Position numbers and translations under genes: made by a program. 64,000 nt of DNA, from the NCBI GenBank assembly GCA_964563355.1, contig CAZLVU010000004.1, positions 17,733-81,732 of the forward strand, given 5' to 3'. The number at the start of each line of letters is the position of its first letter. Within the stretch, counting starts at the first letter, position 1. Below, piece by piece: positions 30,508-37,694 of the stretch. The DNA comes from an uncultured Candidatus Poseidoniales archaeon (GTDB lineage Archaea > Thermoplasmatota > Poseidoniia > Poseidoniales > Thalassarchaeaceae). Below the pieces are notes generated by a model that worked only from the letters and a program-made list of their open reading frames with translations, made no database searches and was not told the origin of the DNA.

Positions 30508-31872
30508 CTAACTGCCTCCCAATAGTAGCTCCGGATGTTGGTCCAAGAAGTCTGTGGTGATTTTTCTTTCCCTGAAATCTGGATGCGCAAGAATTGCCCT
30601 ATGCAGTGGAATTAGGGTGTCGACTCCTGACAGTATGGCCTCATCGAGGGCCGAGTCGAGCCTGTTGATTGCCTCGTCTCTAGTTGGTGCCCATGCGATG
30701 ATCTTCGCTAGGAGTGAGTCGAAATCCCCTGGCATGTCATATCCGGAATGAGCGTGCGAATCGACTCTTATTCCGGGGCCTCCAGGCCAATGACACTCCC
30801 AGAGCCGTCCGGGAGATGGGGTCAAAGTCGAAGAGTTCTCTGCATTGATCCGAGCTTGTATTGCGTGTCCATTCCAACTAATCTCATCTTGGGTCATTGT
30901 CAGCCTCTCCCCTGCTGCCACCAATATCCCCATGGATACTAAATCCAGCCCAGTAATCATTTCAGTAACGGTATGCTCAACTTGAACTCTGGGATTTACC
31001 TCCATGAAGTAGAACTCGCCCTCCGAATCCCTAAGGAATTCGAATGTTGCAAGGCCCCTATATGCTATTGCCTCAGCTCCAGAAACCACCTTCGAGCCAA
31101 GTTCTTGCCTGATTTCTTCGCTGAGCCAGGGCCCTTCCTCTATGATCTTCTGATGTCTCCGCTGAATGGAGCAGAACCTCTCACCCATGTGAATGGCCCT
31201 TTTCCCATCACCGATGACTTGGAACTCGATGTGTTCGGCGTTAGCAATGAATTTCTCTATGAACACCCTCTCATCGCCAAAGGCGGATGCAGCCCTACCT
31301 TGACAGAGCCTGAGAGCGGAATCGAAGTCGTCCTCGGAGTGGACAACCTGCATACCTATCCCCCCTCCTCCCGAGGCTGCCTTGATCATCAGGGGAAAGC
31401 CAATCTCTGAGGCCAAATTGTGTGCTTCCTCGGGACTAGTGATTGGGGACTCTGAACCCCTAGCAATTGGAATGCCCGCCTTCGACATCTCCTTGCGTGC
31501 AGCAATCTTATCCCCAAGCAATCGCAGTGATTCGGGAGATGGGCCGATGAAGGCTATTCCTTCTTCAACGAGGCGTTGGGCGAATGCTGCGTTCTCAGAT
31601 AGAAACCCGTACCCGGGGTGAACTGCATCCGCGCCTACATCTTTAGCTGCAGCAACTATGGCTTCAATGTCCAAATACGAAGCAAGTGAATCCTCCCGAT
31701 TGATGAAGTATCCCTCGTCAGCCATCCTAACGGGCATGGAAAGTCGATCCTCTCGACCGTGAACTACAACGCCCTCAACCCCCAATAAACGTAGTGAACG
31801 GAGGATTCTAAGAGCGATCTCGCCCCGGTTGGCGATTAGGACTCTGCGGAACACGACATTCGCTAAGTGCAC
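30508..31872 (-). CDS. accC: Biotin carboxylase (acetyl/propionyl-CoA carboxylase subunit)
   Basis: RVLIANRGEIALRILRSLRLLG N-terminus, ATP-grasp core, and the C-terminal biotin carboxylase domain. The true start may be a few codons inside the ORF. Confidence 0.9.
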   Translation of the reverse strand: MHLANVVFRRVLIANRGEIALRILRSLRLLGVEGVVVHGREDRLSMPVRMADEGYFINREDSLASYLDIEAIVAAAKDVGADAVHPGYGFLSENAAFAQRLVEEGIAFIGPSPESLRLLGDKIAARKEMSKAGIPIARGSESPITSPEEAHNLASEIGFPLMIKAASGGGGIGMQVVHSEDDFDSALRLCQGRAASAFGDERVFIEKFIANAEHIEFQVIGDGKRAIHMGERFCSIQRRHQKIIEEGPWLSEEIRQELGSKVVSGAEAIAYRGLATFEFLRDSEGEFYFMEVNPRVQVEHTVTEMITGLDLVSMGILVAAGERLTMTQDEISWNGHAIQARINAENSSTLTPSPGRLWECHWPGGPGIRVDSHAHSGYDMPGDFDSLLAKIIAWAPTRDEAINRLDSALDEAILSGVDTLIPLHRAILAHPDFRERKITTDFLDQHPELLLGGS

Positions 31873-31899
31873 GTTCGTATGAGTGAATCGGCCGTGGAT

Positions 31900-33180
31900 T
31901 CAGTATACGTCCCTAAGGTACCTCTTCTCAGTCTTCATCAGGCCCACTTCGACAAACTCCTTGGCCTCTTCAAGGCTCATGCCCCCAAATTCGGAGCAAA
32001 TCCCAATCAGGGTTTTGTGAACATCCTTTGCCATGTAATTCTTATCTCCGCAGACATAGAAATAAGCGCCTTTGTCGATCCATTCCCAGATTTCACTTCC
32101 GTGCTCCTTCATCAGATGCTGGACGTAAACCTTCTCGGGACCCTCGCGAGACCAAGCAAGGTCATGTCTCGTGAGGACTCCCTTTTCCTTCCATGCCTCC
32201 ATCTCATCACTGTAGAGGTATTCGCCCGCCTCGGTCCAATCCCCAAAGAAGAGCCAGTTGCGGCCGGTTGAGCCGTCCATTTCTCTTTGTTGGAGGAACG
32301 CTCTGAACGGGGCAATTCCAGTACCTGGGCCCACCATGATGATGTCCTGAGAACTATCCTCGGGCAGGACGAAGGAACGGGTTGGAGACATGAAGACGCC
32401 GATCTCAGTCTTGTTATCATCGCATCTGTCGGCCATGAATCCCGTACATAGTCCAGTCCGGTCCCTGCCATGGTGATTGTAGCGGACAATTGCAACGGTC
32501 AGATGGACTAAATCTTTCTCAAAATGCGGGCTGCTGGCTATAGAATACAATCGGGGCTTCAGGCGATCCATGCCATCCACCAACCTTTGGGGCGTGAAAC
32601 CAGCATCGCAGAAATCGGCTGTGGCATCTATGTAATCCCTTGACCAGATGTAGTCTTCCATCGCGCTTGAGTCCGAGGTTAGTTGCCTCCAAAGTGCGTA
32701 TCCAGAATCTCCGAAGGAGCCCATCTCAAGGTAGTCTTCTGGGACATCCCCCTCCAATCCGTCTCCTCGCCAGTCCATCAGCAGTTCACCGTCCACAGAG
32801 GAAAATCGTTGCCTCCTAACTATTCTCATCTCAACCTTCCCTGATTCGCCGGAGAAGTGCTCCTCTAAACCTGCAATCCACTTCTTTGAGACCCTGTGAA
32901 TCTCATATCTGTCCAACAAAGCTTCCCGGAGAGTGCAGTTTCCCAAATGGGTCTGGACCTCTTCCTCACCGGAGAAATTTGTTGCCGATAGGAGCTCTTC
33001 GACCAACTCCGGGGGACATCTAGGAACTACTCCAAGGGCATCGCCTGCTTTGTACTCTAGACCGGATCCCTTCAGATCGAATACGATGTGTCGAGTCTCC
33101 TTGCGTGACCCTTCACCATTGAGGATGAAGTTCTGGGAGATGGTGCTCATAAACGGGTTCTTTGAACTCCAGTCAGACAT
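31900..33180 (-). CDS. FAD/NADPH-binding ferredoxin-NADP reductase-type module of the CysJ / cytochrome-P450-reductase family, with no flavodoxin domain
   Basis: RLYSIASSP (FAD motif), VGPGTGIAPFR (NADPH motif), and C-terminal KRYLRDVY like the CysJ terminus. Start chosen at MSDWSS, with GGAGTGGTGA upstream as RBS. Confidence 0.75.
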   Translation of the reverse strand: MSDWSSKNPFMSTISQNFILNGEGSRKETRHIVFDLKGSGLEYKAGDALGVVPRCPPELVEELLSATNFSGEEEVQTHLGNCTLREALLDRYEIHRVSKKWIAGLEEHFSGESGKVEMRIVRRQRFSSVDGELLMDWRGDGLEGDVPEDYLEMGSFGDSGYALWRQLTSDSSAMEDYIWSRDYIDATADFCDAGFTPQRLVDGMDRLKPRLYSIASSPHFEKDLVHLTVAIVRYNHHGRDRTGLCTGFMADRCDDNKTEIGVFMSPTRSFVLPEDSSQDIIMVGPGTGIAPFRAFLQQREMDGSTGRNWLFFGDWTEAGEYLYSDEMEAWKEKGVLTRHDLAWSREGPEKVYVQHLMKEHGSEIWEWIDKGAYFYVCGDKNYMAKDVHKTLIGICSEFGGMSLEEAKEFVEVGLMKTEKRYLRDVY

Positions 33181-33285
33181 GTCACCACTCCTGTTCTTGG
33201 GAGTTACAGTTTGCTTATGAACGAATGCGGAGAGTGGCTTCCCGCCATAAGGAAGCATCAAGGCTAGGAGGCGTCAAGGCGGTCC

Positions 33286-34077
33286 ATGGCGGAGGTTGTG
33301 TTCCTAGGAACAGGCAATGCCTTCTCACCCCCTGGCAGGATGCACGCCCTTGCCTTAATTGATGGAGAAATCCTGATTGACGTGCCACCGACTGTGCTAC
33401 CGCAGCTTCGCAGGGCTGGGATTGCTCCATCCGAAATTCGCCACCTTCTGATAACCCATTGGCATGCTGATCACACGTTTGGATTCCCGTTTCTGATGCT
33501 AGATAGGGAATGGTTGGCTCCAGACAGAAATGCGAGGAAGGCCCTGAGAATTCATTGCAGGCCGGGTGGAAAGGAGTTGTTGACCGAACTTTGTGAGGTT
33601 GGATTTCCCGGGAGCCTGGATGAATGCCTAAGTTTACGCTCCATATGGAACGAGGGCGAATCGGGAGACTTGGAGGGAACGCAGTGGAGTTTCGAGAGGT
33701 TCCCAGTCGCCCATACTCCTGAAACAGACCCGCATGGGTACAAGCTAAGCCACAGTAGCGGGCTTTCGATCCTTCACTGCGGTGACTCGGGACCCTGTGA
33801 AAAGATAGAGGAATTGGCTAGGGATTCACAAATTGTGATTCTCGAGATGGGGGTTCCAGATTTTGTCAGTAGCCCTAATCACCACAACCCATCCCAAGTT
33901 GTGGAGTTTTCCCATAGGCACCCAAATGTCCAGATACTGGTAACGCACAACTACTCTCAATCTTCCAAAGCATCCGGGGGTTTCGAAATTCCTGAATTAC
34001 CAGAAAGCATCATCCAACTCAATGATGGGGATCGTTTGGAGATATACGAAGACGGTAGTTATAAAATGATAATTTAA
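33286..34077 (+). CDS. Metallo-beta-lactamase-fold hydrolase (RNase Z-like architecture)
   Basis: LITHWHADHTFGFP (HxHxDH) and N-terminal VFLGTGNAF. Length 263 aa. Confidence 0.7.
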   Translation: MAEVVFLGTGNAFSPPGRMHALALIDGEILIDVPPTVLPQLRRAGIAPSEIRHLLITHWHADHTFGFPFLMLDREWLAPDRNARKALRIHCRPGGKELLTELCEVGFPGSLDECLSLRSIWNEGESGDLEGTQWSFERFPVAHTPETDPHGYKLSHSSGLSILHCGDSGPCEKIEELARDSQIVILEMGVPDFVSSPNHHNPSQVVEFSHRHPNVQILVTHNYSQSSKASGGFEIPELPESIIQLNDGDRLEIYEDGSYKMII

Positions 34078-34480
34078 TATTCAATATATTTACACATACT
34101 TATAATATCAATTATATTGGAGAAATTTGTTTGCAGGATTTCAGATGCCATGTGCTGCAATGATCTAGCTCCGGCAGAAATTCCCAATAATGAACGGTGT
34201 AAATTTTATGACGTCAGGAAATATGAATAATTGACCAATAACCGAACTGAAAGATTTCAGTGATAAAAGGGCACTGCAAAGAACAATATTGGCAATATTG
34301 GCATAATTTCGAATATAGGTATCGTTGACAAATTAGTGTGCATTTGGAAGGGAGTTTTTCAGTTGCCCAAGACACTCTTATTACCACTGACACATTCCGT
34401 CAGTGATACGCACATCGAGCAATGAATCCAATGGGGTGGAAGAATGGCCGGCATTGCGTCTATCAAGACGGTGAAAATAA
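34078..34480. other. AT-rich intergenic island immediately upstream of orc1/cdc6: candidate replication origin (DUE plus short repeats)
   Basis: About 400 bp at roughly 30% GC in a genome near 55% GC. Near-pure A/T stretch at 34072-34125. Direct repeat caatattggca x2 (about 34289-34310). Recurring gatttcag/ttttcag and TGGA(A/G)(A/G) motifs. Position relative to cdc6 is the classic archaeal oriC location. Confidence 0.45.
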
Positions 34481-35719
34481 ATGGAGGGCAATATTTTCGA
34501 GAAGATTCTCGGACAGGATAGCCTATTCACAGACAGAAAAGCCTTCGACCATGCTTACGAGCCTTCCAGACTGCCGCACAGGGAGCATGAGGTCGATGCT
34601 CTTGTTAGAAATTTAGTTGATGCTTTGAATGGTCACATTCCCTCAAACATGCTGCTCTACGGAGTTCCTGGATCGGGCAAGACTGTTGTGACGAGGTTCG
34701 TCCTAGGGCAGTTGCGAGAAAAGGGCTCTGAAATGGGGCAAATGGTGAAGACTTACGAAATCAATTGTCGGAACGTAGACACGAAGTACAGGGTTGTGCA
34801 ATACATAGCCTCTCAACTTGCCCAGAGAGGGGATGCCCCTGTCCCATTTACCGGGTGGCCTACTGATCGGGTATTGGAGACATTGATCAGCAGAATGAAC
34901 AGAATCGGTGGGGTCCACATTATTGTGCTTGACGAAGTTGATAACCTCGTCGACAAAGCAGGCGATGACCTACTCTACGCTTTAACCAGCCTGAACACGG
35001 TACTAGATGAAGGAAGATGTTCAATCATAGGAATCAGCAATGACTTACACTTCACTCAACACTTGGACCCAAGGGTAAGTTCTAGGCTGAGCCAGGAGGA
35101 CCTTGTTTTCCATCCCTACGTTGCCACAGAAATCCAGAACATCCTGGGTGAACGTGCGTCGATGGGCATCAGGGGAGACGTACTAGATGAGGGGGTCATT
35201 AGGCTATGCGCTGCATTGGCTGCCCAAGAGCATGGTGATGCTCGGAGGGCTCTGGATCTGCTTAGGATTTCAGTGCAGAAAGCGGAGCAACGGGCTCAGG
35301 CAAAAGTCAATACGAAACACGTGAGGCTGGCTCAAAGCCAACTGGAATACGACCAAGTAACTCCTGTCCTGAAGACTCTGCCCCTGCATCAAAAACTGGT
35401 TCTTTTCTCAATCTGCCTGAATGAGGAAAACGGCCTGCGGAACATCTCCACGGGAGAAATCTATCGAACCTACGCGGAGGCCTGTTCGAAAATTGGGATA
35501 GAGCCGCTCACCACCAGAAGAGTCTCCTCACTCCTAAATGAGCTGGACACAATTGGGCTGATTATGGCGAGGAATGTCAGCAAGGGTCGAGGAGGACGGA
35601 GCAAGCAGGTCAATTCTGCCATTCCCAAGGCGATTGACGCGATTGCCCTCATGAGTGACAGCGAGCCGCTAGTCAATGAAGCCTCGATGGGCAAGTACCA
35701 GTTGCAAGGACAACTATAG
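34481..35719 (+). CDS. orc1: Orc1/Cdc6 replication initiator
   Basis: Walker A LLYGVPGSGKTV, Walker B IIVLDEVDNL, sensor regions, and a C-terminal winged helix. Length 412 aa. Confidence 0.9.
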   Translation: MEGNIFEKILGQDSLFTDRKAFDHAYEPSRLPHREHEVDALVRNLVDALNGHIPSNMLLYGVPGSGKTVVTRFVLGQLREKGSEMGQMVKTYEINCRNVDTKYRVVQYIASQLAQRGDAPVPFTGWPTDRVLETLISRMNRIGGVHIIVLDEVDNLVDKAGDDLLYALTSLNTVLDEGRCSIIGISNDLHFTQHLDPRVSSRLSQEDLVFHPYVATEIQNILGERASMGIRGDVLDEGVIRLCAALAAQEHGDARRALDLLRISVQKAEQRAQAKVNTKHVRLAQSQLEYDQVTPVLKTLPLHQKLVLFSICLNEENGLRNISTGEIYRTYAEACSKIGIEPLTTRRVSSLLNELDTIGLIMARNVSKGRGGRSKQVNSAIPKAIDAIALMSDSEPLVNEASMGKYQLQGQL

Positions 35720-35750
35720 CTAGGGTGTTCCGGCAACGATTATACCGAAA

Positions 35751-36302
35751 GTGAAGGTCGGCGGCTCGATGCCTGAAGACAACTCAGAGTGGATGGACTC
35801 CTTGTTCCTACCCAGCAGTACCGCCTCAGCGGGTGCCATATTAGTCGGAACGTGGTGCATTTTCCTGAACATCATCAACATCGCAATTGGTGCATTCTCT
35901 GAGGGACGGAAGGTTCTGTGGATAGACTTCCTGACCAATGGAAGCAATACTAATTCAGAATGGGAGATGGGGATCCTGATTGGCGACATTATTTTCGGTG
36001 GCATTGGTATTGCAATACTTTCAGCCGGAATTATTGGTATGAGCAAGGCACGGGAAGACGGAATCGCAGGTTGGATCGGAGGGCTGCCGAGTGGCCCTGT
36101 TCTTTCCAGCTTAATTTCCACTGATGGCGGGATCACGAGGACACTGGCTAGCTGGTTGGCTCTTTCTGGGATGGCTTTCTATTTTTATTGGGGCGCGTTG
36201 AACAACACGTGGGTTGACCCCGGAGTTTATTCAGTTTCGATTGCCCTAGTTTCCTTCGGACTTGGGCTCCATATCCTGCAAGAAGCTGAGTCGTCTCAAT
36301 AG
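35751..36302 (+). CDS. Hypothetical integral membrane protein (about 4 TM)
   Basis: Hydrophobic helices throughout, for example ILVGTWCIFLNIINIAIGAF and IIFGGIGIAILSAGIIGM. Confidence 0.45.
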   Translation: MKVGGSMPEDNSEWMDSLFLPSSTASAGAILVGTWCIFLNIINIAIGAFSEGRKVLWIDFLTNGSNTNSEWEMGILIGDIIFGGIGIAILSAGIIGMSKAREDGIAGWIGGLPSGPVLSSLISTDGGITRTLASWLALSGMAFYFYWGALNNTWVDPGVYSVSIALVSFGLGLHILQEAESSQ

Positions 36303-37315
36303 GCTGGTTTGAAACAACTGAGTAGGTTCCTGCAGCGATTCTTTGTTTCCTCGCTACACCTCCTCACCACTACCCCTTTACCCGGTTGCCCGTACAGAAC
36401 TACAGCACCTAGGGGGGACAAAGGATGAAGCAGCAGGGGTGCTAGATCCTCCTCGCCGCCCACCTGAATTAAGCTCGTTTGGCCGTCCTTTAGCCAAGAT
36501 GAAACAGCTTTCTCGCAAGCCTCCAGAAGTGATGGTGTCAGAAAACCGGGGGGGCTCTCGCAGTGAAGGATTCCATCGTAAGCGGAAAAATCGATAGAAT
36601 TCGAACCCTCCCAAGGTTCCCTCTTCGTTAGGCCGTCAATAAGAGCGATGTCCGCGGGCCGACCTAGTTCCTCCATCGTTCTTACAGTGACATCCCCCAC
36701 GGCAATTACTGGGCCGAAATCGGGCTCTATTTGTCTGATAACCTCAATCATTGCAGCTGATGGGTTCTCTTCAGGTCCTGCAACCAACTGTCCAAATGGT
36801 TCCTTGAGTTGGTTTTCTACCTCGGTGGTTATTTTCATACTTCCTTCCCTGAATGAGGCTGGGATCCAAGGCAAACCGCTACGGCCTATTTCTCCGTCTC
36901 TTATTCGTGAGCTGGAAATAGGGTCTTCGTCCCAGGCCAAAAAGTAAGGGACCTCGATAATTTCAAGTGGCTGTAGGCCGTTCCCTGATCTAATCGAATT
37001 AATCTCTTCACAAGTGGGACGGTTCTCGGGTGTGCAAGTAATGGAGCCAGCTACCCTATGGTCTGGGGCTGGCCCATGCCTATCCTCGAGTACATAGAAG
37101 CTTAGACGGTCTGAAAGTTCCGGGCCCATCCGATCCCGAATGTCTCTGCATCTCCCCTCCCAAGTGCAAATTCGAGGGTCCTTTCTTTCAGCTAGAGAGT
37201 CGGACGTTAGCCAAATCTCCACATGCTCGCATAATTCAAGAGTGCTGCGCAGCAGTAAGGAGTGGCCCTCGTGGAAGCGATCGAACGTTCCTCCTACAAG
37301 GCCTACGTCATGCAT
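36296..37315 (-). CDS. Fusion protein: archaeal-type phosphopantetheine adenylyltransferase (N-terminal) plus DUF359 / GTP-dependent dephospho-CoA kinase-like domain (C-terminal)
   Basis: The N-terminus VGLVGGTFDRFHEGH is the cytidylyltransferase (T/H)xGH motif of archaeal phosphopantetheine adenylyltransferase (PPAT). C-terminal PVIAVGDVTVRTMEELGRPADIALIDGLTKREP matches the DUF359 core (IAVGDV...IVDGKT.R). Confidence 0.65.
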   Translation of the reverse strand: MHDVGLVGGTFDRFHEGHSLLLRSTLELCEHVEIWLTSDSLAERKDPRICTWEGRCRDIRDRMGPELSDRLSFYVLEDRHGPAPDHRVAGSITCTPENRPTCEEINSIRSGNGLQPLEIIEVPYFLAWDEDPISSSRIRDGEIGRSGLPWIPASFREGSMKITTEVENQLKEPFGQLVAGPEENPSAAMIEVIRQIEPDFGPVIAVGDVTVRTMEELGRPADIALIDGLTKREPWEGSNSIDFSAYDGILHCESPPGFLTPSLLEACEKAVSSWLKDGQTSLIQVGGEEDLAPLLLHPLSPLGAVVLYGQPGKGVVVRRCSEETKNRCRNLLSCFKPAY

Positions 37316-37694
37316 CAGTATCCCGTCATATGAGCATGCTTTGAGTGCTGTGGGTTATTGTGTGCCCCGGGGCGTAACGGCAACCTTCACTGCTTGGCTC
37401 GGGCGCCTGACCCACCCCGGGACGTCTGTCGGATAGCGGGGTAGTCCCTTGATTCATTCTATTCCGTCCTCAGGGGACCTAACGCTATCCGGCCACCTGA
37501 TTTGCGCCACTGATCATACCGCTGATGCGGTCACGGTGGTCTTCGACAGGTGGTCACCCGAACCGTGGTGCCGTGCTTCACCCTCCACCTCCGGCGAGGG
37601 GGTTTCGTCCACACGGTGTTGCCGGTCGGGCAACACTCCGCGCACAGATATGCACAAGAACCCAACGGTGGCATTTGGAACGGGAAATTAGGCA
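37316..37694. other. GC-rich non-coding gap with strong dyad symmetries; candidate structured ncRNA of unknown class
   Basis: No credible ORF. Long-range stem ccggatagcg ... cgctatccgg (about 37428-37494). Self-complementary gccccggggc. An 8-bp hairpin GTGTTGCC-GGTCG-GGCAACAC (about 37620-37640). The flanking genes are both on the minus strand. Confidence 0.25.
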
